Below, piece after piece: positions 19,999 to 31,316 of a stretch of 64,000 bases of DNA. The number at the start of each line of letters is the position of its first letter. Within the stretch, counting starts at the first letter, position 1. Origin of the DNA: an uncultured Planctomycetota bacterium (GTDB lineage: Bacteria; Planctomycetota; Planctomycetia; Isosphaerales; Isosphaeraceae); assembly GCA_963823665.1 (NCBI GenBank), contig CAWGMQ010000003.1, positions 1,824,001 through 1,888,000 of the forward strand, written 5' to 3'. A program made the position numbers and the translations under genes. Under the pieces are notes generated by a model. It searched no databases. It worked only from the letters and a program-made list of their open reading frames with translations, and was not told the origin of the DNA.

Positions 19999-21192
19999 TC
20001 AGTAAACCGGCAGGCTGGGGTCGACATCCTTGATCCACGCCAGAATGCCGCCTGTCAAGTTCTTGAGGCGGGTGAATCCGGCCGCTTGCATAACCCCAAT
20101 CGCCTTCGCGCTTCGCATCCCGCTCTTGCAATGGACAACGTACGACCCGGACGCGTCCAGCTCGGAGAGACGGGCGGCTAGCTCCGGCAGCGGAATCACC
20201 GTCGAACCTGCAATCCGGCAGATCGCGATCTCCTCCGGGTTGCGCACGTCCAGAATAACCGTCTCGACGCCCTGCTCCAGAAGAGCCTTGAGCTCGACGG
20301 GCGTGATCTCGCCGCTGCCGTTTGTCGCTGCCGGAGCCGCATGAACCGCCGGGGCGTGTAATCCGCAAAACTCCTGGTAATCAATCAGCTCGCGGATCGT
20401 CGCGTTTGGGCCGCAGATCGGGCACCTCGGATTCTTGCGCACCTTCATCTCGCGGAACGTCATTTCGAGCGCATCATAGAGAAGCAACCGGCCGATCAGC
20501 GGCCTCCCGGCGCGCAGGATCAGCTTGACTGTCTCGGTCGCCTGCACCACTCCGATCAGGCCCGGCAGGATGCCGAGCACGCCCCCTTCTGCACAATTCG
20601 GCACAAGGTCCGGCGGCGGGGGCTCGGGATAGAGGCAGCGATAGCATGGGCCTTGCGGTGGGAAGAACACCGTTGCCTGGCCGTCGAACCGGAAGATCGA
20701 GCCATAGACATTCGGCTTTCCCAGCAGCACACAGGCGTCGTTCACCAGGTAACGAGTCGGGAAATTGTCGGTGCCGTCGACGATGACGTCGTAATCGGCA
20801 AACAGTTGCAGCGCGTTCGAGCTGTCGATCGTCTGCTCGTGGGTCATGATTTTCAGGTCGGGGTTGAGCGCATGGAGCTTCTCCTCGGCGCTCTGGATCT
20901 TGGATCGGCCGACGTCACTGGTGAAATGGATGATCTGGCGCTGGAGGTTCGAGACGTCAACGACATCGAAATCGGCAAGCCCGAGTGTGCCGACTCCGGC
21001 CGCCGCGAGATAAAGGGACAGCGGCGATCCCAAGCCCCCGGTCCCGATGCAGAGCACCTTGGCGGCCTTGAGCCGCTTCTGCCCCTCCATCGCCACTTCG
21101 GGCATGATGAGATGCCGGGCATAGCGCTGAACTTGTGCTGGATTCAGGGAAACGGCTGAGACGCGATCGCCCAATAAGTCCGGTATAATCAT
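19999..21192 (-). CDS. moeB: Molybdopterin-synthase adenylyltransferase MoeB/MoeZ with C-terminal rhodanese domain
   Basis: RYARHLIMPEV, GTGGLGSP, DVVDVSNLQRQ, DGTDNFPTRY, CYRC, CPIC; rhodanese LDVRNPEE...HCKSGMRS...NLTGGILAW. Confidence 0.95.
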   Translation of the reverse strand: MIIPDLLGDRVSAVSLNPAQVQRYARHLIMPEVAMEGQKRLKAAKVLCIGTGGLGSPLSLYLAAAGVGTLGLADFDVVDVSNLQRQIIHFTSDVGRSKIQSAEEKLHALNPDLKIMTHEQTIDSSNALQLFADYDVIVDGTDNFPTRYLVNDACVLLGKPNVYGSIFRFDGQATVFFPPQGPCYRCLYPEPPPPDLVPNCAEGGVLGILPGLIGVVQATETVKLILRAGRPLIGRLLLYDALEMTFREMKVRKNPRCPICGPNATIRELIDYQEFCGLHAPAVHAAPAATNGSGEITPVELKALLEQGVETVILDVRNPEEIAICRIAGSTVIPLPELAARLSELDASGSYVVHCKSGMRSAKAIGVMQAAGFTRLKNLTGGILAWIKDVDPSLPVY

Positions 21193-21307
21193 GGTTGCAT
21201 CCTCGACGTTCAGCAGGCGGTTACCTTCAACATTGTATACAGAAAGAGGCGGCAGATCGCCGGTTCCTTCGCTGCGCGCTCGGACACCGGCACAATTGCC
21301 GATTCAC

Positions 21308-21772
21308 GTGGAAGAACAGATCATCGAAACCTGGGCCATCCATAATCGAATCAATCTCTACCTGCTCGACGCGATCCTGGACGACGCACTGGGCTGTTGC
21401 CTGCCGACCAAGAGCCGCTCGGTATACGATTTGTTCGCGCACATCCACAACGTGCGATTGCTCTGGCTGAAGTCGGCCGCTCCGGCCCTGCTCGAGGGTT
21501 TGACGAAGCTGGAAACCAAGACGGTCGGGAAGAAAGCCGAGCTGCGGAAGGCCCTCGAAGCATCCGGAACTGCAATCGAAACTCTGTTGCGCGAGGCGAT
21601 GGCCGCTGGCGGCAAGGTCAAGGGATTCAAGCCGCACGCAGTTGCGTTCATGGGATACTTGATCTCGCACGAATCCCATCACCGCGGGCAGGCGGGATGG
21701 GCGCTCAAGGCGTCGGGCCGCCCTCTCGATCAGAAAACTGCGTTCGGGCTGTGGGAATGGGGCGTGCGCTGA
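21308..21772 (+). CDS. DinB-family protein
   Basis: GTG start; ETWAIHNRINLYLL, FAHIHNVRLLWL, YLISHESHHRGQ metal-binding His triad. Confidence 0.88.
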   Translation: MEEQIIETWAIHNRINLYLLDAILDDALGCCLPTKSRSVYDLFAHIHNVRLLWLKSAAPALLEGLTKLETKTVGKKAELRKALEASGTAIETLLREAMAAGGKVKGFKPHAVAFMGYLISHESHHRGQAGWALKASGRPLDQKTAFGLWEWGVR

Positions 21773-21779
21773 ATCCGAC

Positions 21780-23243
21780 TTAGCCCGGCCACTTGCCGAT
21801 CGGGCAGTCTTCGTGTGCCATCTTGATTTTCACATGGGTGAAGCAACCGCAGATCTTGCAGCGCATGCCGGTGTGGTGCTCACACGAGGCGCACGTTTGG
21901 CTTCGCTTGGCCTGCATTTCGGCGGGGGTTGTTTTCATGCCCGATCCGACGAATGTGGCCATCGCCTTGGTTGCGGACATCGCCATGCGCAACAGGCCTG
22001 GTCCGCTGTTGGCCTTCGATGCGCCCGGGCCCTGGGCTTGGCCCTGGCTCTGGCCGCCCATAACGCTGGCGACAATGGCGCCGCCCAGATACGAGTGCGG
22101 CGACGTGCTCACTCCGGCCGGCGCCGCGGCCGGGGCGTCTTCGTAGAGTCCCATCCTGTACTTTTGCAAGTGTGAGCCGTACCACGCGGCCTGGGGGCGA
22201 CCCATTGCTCTGAACAGAGCTATTGATTCCTCGGCCTTGGCGATCGCGAGGTCGCGCTGGCCGAGCTCGGCGTATTGAATGCCCTGGTACCAGAGCAAGT
22301 TGGCGGCCTGCATTCGATCGCCGACGAGATTCGCCAGACCCAGCGCCTGGTCGAAGCAGCTCAGTGCGGTGGCAAACTCGCGGAGGTGCCAGTGCGCGAG
22401 CCCGAGGCGCTCCAACGCGGTTTTTTCACCGAGGTGATCGCGTTTGGCGCGGGCAAAGGCCAGACCGTGCTCGAACATCTGCCGCGCTCGCGGGGCCTGA
22501 CCGACGCCCAGCATCGCCAGGCCGAGATTGCCTACGACGTCGACTTCGCGCTCGCGGTCGGCGAGCTCGCGAGTGATCTGGAGAGCTGATTCGAGCGCCG
22601 CGACCGCGCCTGCGTGGTCGCCTTCGCTGAGCTTGGTCACCCCCACGTCGGTGAGCGCCGTGGCCTCGGCAGCGCGGTTGCCGGCCGTGCGTGCGGCGGC
22701 CAGGAGAAGCTCGGCCTGGTCGCGCGGGGTGCCCGTCATCGTCGGGTCCGGCGGAGGAGCGGCGGGATGCTCGGGGCTTGCGGTCTGCGATTCGATGCCG
22801 GAGACCAGGTAAAGTTCCTTGCAAAGGCGTCTGACGCGCTTCGCGTGCGGCCAGGCGGCTTGAACGAGCGATTCGTCAATCGGGGTCTCGGCCGCCGGCG
22901 ACCAGACCAGCAGCAGATCGGCATTGCGCTCGCCGCATTGCTCCGAAGACGAGCCGTCGGGGAGCGAAAAATCCCGGTTCTTGCTCGACTTGCGCAGCGA
23001 GCCCCAAAGCCGGCTCAGCCCGCCTCGGAGCCGCTGCCTGGCGCGCATCGACGTGGCCGGGGTGGCGAATAGCCCCTGCTCCGAGACGATCTCGCCGCGG
23101 ATGACGTTGCCGACGCGCTCCCAGTACTGAAAGGTCGCGTCGCGGTCATCAGGAATCCAGAGGACCAGCCGGTTGCCGTCCGAAATCGGTTCGGTCAGGA
23201 TTCCCGATTCAAATGCAAAGGTCCGCCAGTCGGGTAGGTTCAT
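21780..23243 (-). CDS. TPR protein with C-terminal Cys-rich (DUF6171-like) domain
   Basis: TPRs (AEATALTDVG..., VVGNLGLA..., ALERLGLAH...) and terminal CASC...CKICGC...CPIGKW; start overlaps the fabF stop (ATGA). Confidence 0.85.
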   Translation of the reverse strand: MNLPDWRTFAFESGILTEPISDGNRLVLWIPDDRDATFQYWERVGNVIRGEIVSEQGLFATPATSMRARQRLRGGLSRLWGSLRKSSKNRDFSLPDGSSSEQCGERNADLLLVWSPAAETPIDESLVQAAWPHAKRVRRLCKELYLVSGIESQTASPEHPAAPPPDPTMTGTPRDQAELLLAAARTAGNRAAEATALTDVGVTKLSEGDHAGAVAALESALQITRELADREREVDVVGNLGLAMLGVGQAPRARQMFEHGLAFARAKRDHLGEKTALERLGLAHWHLREFATALSCFDQALGLANLVGDRMQAANLLWYQGIQYAELGQRDLAIAKAEESIALFRAMGRPQAAWYGSHLQKYRMGLYEDAPAAAPAGVSTSPHSYLGGAIVASVMGGQSQGQAQGPGASKANSGPGLLRMAMSATKAMATFVGSGMKTTPAEMQAKRSQTCASCEHHTGMRCKICGCFTHVKIKMAHEDCPIGKWPG

Positions 23244-24499
23244 GCGGGTCGATTCGCCGTGTATCGGCGGATGAGCAGGCTGGCATTATGACCGCCGAAC
23301 CCGAAACTGTTGGACATCACCGTGTCGACGCGGGCTTCGCGTGCAACGTTGGGGATGTAGTCGAGGTCGCAGCCTTCGCCGGGGTGGTCGAGATTGATGG
23401 TCGGGGGAAGCACGCCGTTGTGAATTGCGAGGGCCGAAATGATCAGCTCCACCCCGCCCGAAGCGCCGAGCAGGTGGCCGAGCTGGCTCTTGGTGCTCGA
23501 GATCTGGAGATTCGGCGCTTGATTTCCGAAGACCTGCTTCATCGCGCGGGTTTCGGCCAGGTCGCCCAATGGGGTGCTCGTGCCGTGAGCATTGATGTAT
23601 CCGACAGCCTCGGGACCCAGCCGCGCGTCTTTCAAGCAGGCGTTCATGGCCCGCATCGCGCCACGGCCTTCCTCATCCGGTGCCGTGATGTGCGACCCGT
23701 CGGCCGACATGCCGTAGCCCACCACCTCGGCATAGATTCTCGCTCCGCGGCGGACGGCCACCTCTTCGGCCTCGAGCACCAGAATGCCCGCACCTTCGGC
23801 CAGGATGAACCCGTCGCGATCGCGGTCGAATGGCCGGCTGGCGCGCGTCGGATCGTCGTTGCGCGTGGAGAGGGCTCGCATCGAGGCAAAGCCGCCGAGC
23901 CCCATATGCGTGATCGCCGCTTCGCTGCCGCCGGTGATCATGACGTCGGCATGTTCGGACTGGATGAGGCGGTACGCGTCGCCGATGGCGTTGGCCGCCG
24001 AAGCACAGGCCGTGGCCACCGCCGAGCACGGGCCTTTGAGCCCCCAGCGGATCGAGACCTGCCCGCTGGCGGCATTCACCATGAGCTTCGGTATCACGAA
24101 CGGGCTGATCCGCGACGGCCCCTTCTGCATCATGATCGTGTGCTGGCTCTCAAACTCGTTGAGCCCGCCGATCCCCGACCCAATCAAGACGCCGCAGTTT
24201 TCAGAGGGAAGCGCCGAGAAATCGATTCCGGAGTCGTCGACCGCGGAAATCGCCGCTGCCAGCGCGAACTGCGCGAAGCGATCGAGATGCCGCGCCTCCT
24301 TGACGCCGAACCGGGCCGCGGCATCCCAATCATGCACCTGGCCGCCGAAATGGACGCGAAACTCGGTGGTGTCAAAAAGCGTGAGCGTGCCGACGCCGCT
24401 CTGACCGGCGCAGAGTGCGTCCCAGAACCGCCCGAGATCCTCACCAAGCGACGTGACCACTCCCATGCCGGTAATCACGACACGGCGTGCATGTGCCAT
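23240..24499 (-). CDS. fabF: 3-oxoacyl-ACP synthase II
   Basis: RRVVITGMG, TACAS catalytic Cys, INAHGTST, STKSQLGHLLGA, SNSFGFGGHN. Confidence 0.97.
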   Translation of the reverse strand: MAHARRVVITGMGVVTSLGEDLGRFWDALCAGQSGVGTLTLFDTTEFRVHFGGQVHDWDAAARFGVKEARHLDRFAQFALAAAISAVDDSGIDFSALPSENCGVLIGSGIGGLNEFESQHTIMMQKGPSRISPFVIPKLMVNAASGQVSIRWGLKGPCSAVATACASAANAIGDAYRLIQSEHADVMITGGSEAAITHMGLGGFASMRALSTRNDDPTRASRPFDRDRDGFILAEGAGILVLEAEEVAVRRGARIYAEVVGYGMSADGSHITAPDEEGRGAMRAMNACLKDARLGPEAVGYINAHGTSTPLGDLAETRAMKQVFGNQAPNLQISSTKSQLGHLLGASGGVELIISALAIHNGVLPPTINLDHPGEGCDLDYIPNVAREARVDTVMSNSFGFGGHNASLLIRRYTANRPA

Positions 24500-24586
24500 A
24501 GCGCCACTGATAGTTAGAAAACCGCCGCCTGGAATGAATGGCTCCGCGCGATCTCCGCCGCGATGCCTGCGGAGACCGCACCTCTC

Positions 24587-24826
24587 TCACTTGGCGTGCG
24601 CATGCTGTTCGATGTACTCAATTGCCTGGCCGACCGTCTGAATTTTCTCGGCCTCCTCGTCCGGGATGGTGATGTCGAACTCTTCTTCGAATTCCATCAC
24701 CAACTCCACCGTATCGAGGGAGTCGGCACCAAGGTCATTGACGAAGGAGGTCTCCTTGGTGACCTGGTCCTTGGAGACACCCATCTGCTCGCTCACGATT
24801 TCGATCACACGCTCTTCCACGGACAC
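24587..24826 (-). CDS. acpP: Acyl carrier protein
   Basis: [23 protein letters not shown] start after GAGGAGG. Confidence 0.97.
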   Translation of the reverse strand: MSVEERVIEIVSEQMGVSKDQVTKETSFVNDLGADSLDTVELVMEFEEEFDITIPDEEAEKIQTVGQAIEYIEQHAHAK

Positions 24827-25508
24827 GGGCGAACCTCCTCGTCTCGTCTACTGACATTCCCGCAAACACAAAATCGTACGCTCTCGGCACGCCGGCCGTG
24901 AAAATCAGGCGAGCCACTTCGGCGGCAGGCAATGGCGCTACAGGCCGTGAGACCGAAAATCGAGCACGGGGACATAGCTTTGAAGGTCAAAAAATCCGCC
25001 GAAACAGCTTCCCGCCACCGGCGAACGTAACGACCTCGCGAACCCCGATCCCCACAAACACGACTCAACTTAGCATCATCCTACCTAAATGTCCATTGGA
25101 CATCGTATTCCATCCTGGACGCAATTCTTCCCCGCGATCGCGCCGAAAACAAGGGCCAATCCTTCGTACGAAGGAGTGAACACGCCGCCCTCAAGCGAAT
25201 GGAACGAGTAGAAGGAGCCGTTTGCCGTGCTTTCGCAGTCTTTGCATCTTTACTAGACATCCTAAGGGTCCACATTCATGCCCGTTCTGGGGGACGGTGG
25301 GTCGCGAAGATGTGATCGGGGCATGCGTTCTGAGGTGCGCTCGTCGTCCGGTGCATCCAATCCATCGCAAGCCGTGTGAAGCCGGTGGGTTGCACCCATC
25401 TTCCAAGGCTGCATGGATCCTGCCTCTGGGCTCTCGTGGCCGCGCCGAAAATCTGCTAGTGTTTTGTTTACATCAATCACGAGCCGGGCCGGTCACAGGG
25501 GGCGTTAC

Positions 25509-28260
25509 ATGTTCCACCTTGATTTGTCCGCAATGCGCCTGCGATCTCGACTGACGTTCGCGAGAACGATGGTGCTCTTTGCAAGCTATGTCGTGGCACT
25601 TGCGTGTGATCCCGGGAGCGGCGCGGTCGCTTTCGGCGTGCGGCCGATCGAGCAGGCCTCCGGCGCGGTTGAGCCTCAAAAAGACATTGCTGGCCGCGAT
25701 GGAGAAGCCGAACGAAAGTTGCTGGCCGAGCTGCAGTCGGCCATCGAGGCGCACGCCGATCACCTTGAGTTCTCGCGGCTCGATCGCGAGCTGGCGGCGG
25801 CTTTTCGCCGTTACGGTCTGGATCTCGATGTGGTTGATCCCAAGGCCGCCGGAGCGCGGCTGGCCGGTCGGCCGGAGACTCCCGAGATCGCCGCGGTGCT
25901 CGATGAGTGGTGCCGCGTGCGGCGATCGAGACTGAAAGTCGACACGTGGCGAAAGCTGGCCGCAGTGGCGCGGGCCGCTGATCAGGACCCATGGCGGAAC
26001 GCAATACGCGACCAATGTGACCGGCCGATCGCTGATGCATTGCCCGTCCTCGCGGCACGGGCCGCCGATGCGCGGGAGCTTGAAAAGCAGCCGGTGAACA
26101 GCCTGGTCGTGCTCTCGCAGATGCTCGTCGAGGCAGACGACCGGCCGAGCACCATCGCGGTCTTGCAGGTTGGCAGGCGAAGGTTCCCACGGGATTTCTG
26201 GGTCTGCATGATGCTGGGACGTGCGCATTACGAGAAGCTGCCGAAGCCCGAACTCGCAGAGGCCGCGCGGTTGTGTGCAGCGGCGGTGGCGCTGCGGCCC
26301 AAGAGCCTGTTTGCCCACGCGTACCTGGCGACGGCCTTGCATCGCCATGGGAAATTGACCGAGGCGGCAGCCGAGCTTCGTGAGGCGACCGCGCTCAAGC
26401 CCCAGAACGCAGAGAGCCACCTCGCGCTGGGATATGCTCTCGAACAGATCGGGAAGCGCGATCTGGCGATTGCCGAGTACCGCGAGGCGATCCGGCTGAA
26501 ACCCGGTGATGCCCAGCTTCACTCCTACCTGGGGACGGCCCTGTCGGTGCAGGGCAAGCACGACGAGGCCATTGCCGAATGCCGGGAGGCGGTCCGGCTG
26601 ACGCCCGATGATGCGGATGCTCAGCTCATCTTGGGCTATGCACTCTGTCAAGCCGGCAAGATCGACGACGGGATCGCCAGCTATCGTAAATCGATCCGCA
26701 TCACACCCGCTCAGGCCAAGGCGCAGTCCTACCTGGGAAGCGCTCTTCTGCAACAGCACAAATTTGACGAGGCCATGAGTGCTTTTCGCGAGGCGCTCCG
26801 GCTCAAGCCGCAGGATCCCGAATGCCATCGCCGCCTTGGCGGAGCTCTGCTCGCGCAGGGAAAAGTGGACGAGGCCGTCCCGTCGTTCCGCGAGGCGATC
26901 CGGCTCAATCGCGACGACGGCGAGGCGCACTTCAATCTCGGCATGGTCTTGAGCAGACTAGGAAAGCAGCAGGAAGCCAACGCAGAATTTGATGAGGCGA
27001 AACGCCTCGAGCTGAACAATCCACACGTCCTGCTCGACCTCGGGCACGCGCTCATGCGCGCCGGCAAGGTGGACGATGCGATCGCCAAGTTTCGCGACGC
27101 GGTCCGGCTGATGCCGGGCGATGCGCAGGCGCAGCATGTACTTCGGTGCCGCGTTATCGCTCAAGGGTCAGCAAGAGGAGGCCATAACCGCACTGCGCGA
27201 GTCCGTTCGCCTCGCGCCGGAGAACGCACAAGCCCAGCACGGCCTCGCCTTTGCGCTGGCCACAAGCGGCAAGTTCGACGAAGCGATTGTTGCGTATCGC
27301 GCGGCGATCCGGCTCAAACCCGACGATGCCCGGGCTCACATGGGCCTGGCTTCCATATTGACCAAGCAGGGCAAGCGCCAAGAGGCTGAGCATGAATTCG
27401 CCGAGGCCAAGCGTCTGAAAGCGGATGATGGCGGATTGCAGCTCGCCGTCGGGTACTCGCTGGAACAGGCCGGCAAGCTCGACGAAGCCATCGCGGCTTT
27501 TCGGGAGGCGGTGCGGATCGCGCCCGGCGATTCCCAGGCTCACCTCTACCTCGGGTCTGCTCTTTCACGGCGGGGAAAGCGCGACGAGGGGATCGCCGCT
27601 CTTCGCGAGGCCGTCCGGATCGCGCCCGGTGTCGCCAGTAACCAGCTCGGCCTCGGTTACGCCTTATCGGAAGCCGGCAAGCTCGACGAAGCGATCGACG
27701 CCTATCGCGAGGCCGTCCGAATCGAGCCCGGCAATGCCCGGACTCACTTGTACCTCGGGTCGGCGCTATCGCGGCAGGAAAAGCACGAGCAAGGCATCGC
27801 CGCGCTCCGCGAGGGGGTCCGGCTCGCGCCCGACGACGCGGAGATCCGGATCGGACTTGGTTACGCCTTCTCGTCAGCCGGCAAGCTCGACGAAGCGATC
27901 GACGCCTATTGCGAGGCGATCCGGATCAAACCGGCGAACGCACAGGCTTACATGTATCTCGGGGCGATGCTCTTGCAACAGGAAAAGCCGGATGAGGCCG
28001 TCACTGCATTGCGAGAGGCGATCAAGCTCAAGCCCGATGACGTGCACACTCATTTCAGCCTGGCCTTCGCACTTCAGCGAGCAGAGAAGCTCGATGAGGC
28101 GATCGCCGCGTACCGCGAAACGATTCGTCTCAAGCCCGACTACGCCGAGGCCCACTACAACCTGGGCACCGCCTTGCTTGCCAACGGCAATGACGATGAG
28201 GCGAAGGCCGAATTCGACGAGGCCAGGCGGTTGAAGCCTGACATTGATGACGAACCGTGA
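25509..28260 (+). CDS. Exported TPR protein, paralog 1 (one frameshift ~27135)
   Basis: ATG 25509 after AGGGGG; hydrophobic N-terminus; AFRRYGLDLD..ARAADQDPWRN domain; ~20 TPRs (AIAAYREAIRLKP). Joins track ORFs 25413-27389 and 27121-28260. Confidence 0.8.
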
Positions 28261-28293
28261 TTCCATTCTCGCGCCTGGGTGCAGGGGTGTCGC

Positions 28294-31255
28294 ATGTTCG
28301 ACGTGATCGGATTCGCAATGAAAAATGCTCTGTGTCGTCGGCCGGCGGCCTCGAGCGCAATGGTGTTATTCTTCGGCGGCGTGCTCGTCGTTCGCGTGTG
28401 ATGCCGGGCATGCTGCGTCCGCTTCCGGTGCCGAGCAGCAGCAGCCACGTGCCGGGCCCGGCGGGGTTCAAAAGGAAGGCGCACCGCGCGCGGCGAAGGC
28501 GAACGGAAGTTGCTGGCGGATCTTGCCGCGGCGACTGGATCGTATGCCAATCACTATGATGATGCGCAATTTGATCGAGAGATGGCGGCGGCTTTTCGGA
28601 GTTATGGGCTGGATCTTGACGCGGTTGATGCCAAGACGGCCGGAGCGCGACTGGCCGGACATGCGGAGACGCCGGAGATCGCCGCGGCGATCGACATCTG
28701 GTCGCGCGTGCGGCGCAGGGGGTTGAAGGTCGCTTCCTGGCGCCGGTTAGTCGAGATCGCGCGGGCCGCCGATCCCGACCCGTGGCGGAATGCGCTGCGC
28801 GACCAGGCCGGCAAGCCATTGGCCGATGGACTGCCGGTGCTCAAAGCGCGGGCGGCGGGATGCTCAGGCGCTGGAAAAGCAGCCCGCCATGAGCTTGCTG
28901 CTCGTGGCTCGGATGCTCAACGAGGCCGACGACCGGCCGGCAGCCGCCGCGGTCTTGAAGGTCGCCAGGCGACGGTTTCCACGGGATTACTGGATCTGCA
29001 TGATGGACGGAACGCTGAACCTCCAGGGAGCACCCAAACCTGATCCGGCCGAGGCCGCCCGTTCTTTCGCCGCGGCCATGGCGCTTGAGCCCCGCAGCGT
29101 GGCGGCGCACACGAATCTGGCGATCGCCCTGCACCGCGAGGGAAAGCTCGACGAGGCGAGCGAAAGAGCTGGACGAGGCAAGACGGCTCAAGCCCAGGAC
29201 GGCAGATGCTCAACTGAGCTCTGGGTTACGCGCTCGAAGAAACCGGGAAGATCGATGAAGCGATTGCTGCGTACCGCGAGGCGATCCGGATCAAGCCGGG
29301 CGATGTCGAGGGTCACACGTACCTCGGCCATGTCTTATCACGCCGAAGAAACTACGACGAGGCCATCACCGCTCTTCGCGAGGCGATCCGGATCGCGCCG
29401 GACGCGGATCTTTATTTCAACCTGGCCTTTGATCTGCAAGCGCAGGGAAAACTGGACGAGGCAATCGCGGCTTACGGAGAGGCGATCAAACTCAAGCACG
29501 ACTCCTTCGATGCCCACTACAACCTGGGCACGGCCTTGTTCCAGCAGGGCAAGAAGGAAGAGGCGGAAGCAGAATTTGCCGTGGCGAGACGGCTCAAACC
29601 GGATGATCCGACTGCGCAGTTGATGGTCGGCTACGAACTGCAAACAGCGGGCAAGCTCGACGAAGCGATCGCCAAGTATCGCGAGGTGGTCCGGCGCAAT
29701 CCCGGCAATTCCCAGGCTCACGGCTACCTCGGCGGTGCGCTTTCGCTACAGGGGAAACACGCCGAGGCCCTGGCGGCGCAGCGCGAGGCGGCCCGCCTCG
29801 CGCCGGATGACGCATTCCACAGGCTGGCCCTCGGGCATGCACTTGAGATGTCGGGCAAGCTCGACGAAGCAATCGCCTGCTATCGCGAGGCGACGAAGCT
29901 CGATCCCCGCGCTGCGCAGAGTTTTTTGTACCTGGGGCGAGCCCTCTCCGGGCAGAAAAAGTATGACGAAGCAGTCGTGGCTCTGCGCGAGGCGATCAAG
30001 CTCGCCCCAAAGGACGCCGAGGCCAAGGTTGCCCTTGGCCGCGTGCTCGTGGACGTTGACAAGCTGGACGAAGCGATTGCGGTCTATCGCGAGGCGATCG
30101 AGCTCGCCCCAGATGACGCCTGGTCAAGGGCCGCCCTTGGCTATGCGCTCGGACAGAGCGGCAAGCCGGACGATGCGGCCGCGGCCTATCGCGAGGCGAT
30201 ACGCCTTGCGCCTGGTGACGCGCAGTCTCATCACGGGCTTGGTTACGCGCTCGCGGAAACCGGCAAGCTGGACGACGCAGTCGGCGAGTACCGTGAAGCA
30301 ATCCGGCTCAAACCGGACGAAGACGATTACCACGGCAGCCTGGGCTACGCTCTCCAGCGCCTAGGAAAGCTCGACGAAGCGATCGCTGCGTACTGGCAAG
30401 CAATTCGGCTCAAGCCGGACGATGCCACTCACCATTTCAATCTGGGCTGCGCCCTCTCGAGTCAAGGGAAGCTCGATGATGCGATCACCGCTTTCCGCGA
30501 GGCCATCCGGCTCAAACCGGACGATGCTCCGTTCCGTCAAAGCCTTGGCTACACGCTACTGGAAACCGGCAAACTGGATGAGGCGGTTGGCGCCTACCGT
30601 GAGGCCATCCGGCTCAAACCCGATGAGGCCGTCTACCATGAGTCTCCTGGGCTATGTTCTGCAACTTCAAGATAAGCTCGACGACGCAGTCGCCGCCTTC
30701 CGCGAGGCCATCCGGCTCAAGCCCAACCAAGCGTCGCACCACAGCAGTCTAGGCCACGTACTGCGACGTCAGGAAAAGCTCGATGACGCAGTCGCCGCCT
30801 ACCGCGAGGCGATCCGGCTCAAACCCGATGAGGCTGCCTACCATAACAGCGTGGGCTTCGCCCTGGAACTTCAGGAAAAGCTCGACGAGGCGATCGCGGC
30901 TTATCGAGAGGCGATCCGGCTCAAGCCCGAGGTAGCCCACTATCATCTCAGCCTGGGCCGCGCTCTGCAGCGTCAAGAGAAGCTCGACGAAGCGGTGGCT
31001 GCTTTCCGCGAGGCGATCCGGCTGAAGCCTGAAGTTGCCGACTATCATTTCTGCGTGGGGTGCGCTTTGCATCTTCAGGAAAAGCTCGACGAGGCGATCG
31101 CCGCCTTCCGTGATGCGATTCGGCTTGAGCCCAAGCACGCCGCGGCCCACTTCGCGCTCGGCACTGCCTTGATACAAGACGGCAATGAGGATGAAGGGCA
31201 GGCAGAAATCGCCGAAGCCAAGCGATTGGATCCGGACATCGACGCAGAGCCTTGA
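28294..31255 (+). CDS. Exported TPR protein, paralog 2 (about six frameshifts: ~28392, 28490, 28858, 29165, 29215, 30643)
   Basis: MFDVIGFAMKNALCRRP... start parallels paralog 3. The same domain and TPR array can be rebuilt across track ORFs 28510-29043, 28790-29623, 29536-30675 and 30422-31255. Could be a pseudogene. Confidence 0.72.
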
Positions 31256-31316
31256 TTGATCTGTTGTCGTTTGGCGAGGATCGATCAAGAATCGGCTCCG
31301 CTGAAGAGGTCATCGC

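Noticed and set aside
23213..24517. Long antisense ORFs over fabF (also over plsX, TPR paralog 1 and the giant gene)
   Set aside because: Typical high-GC shadow frames opposite well-supported genes.
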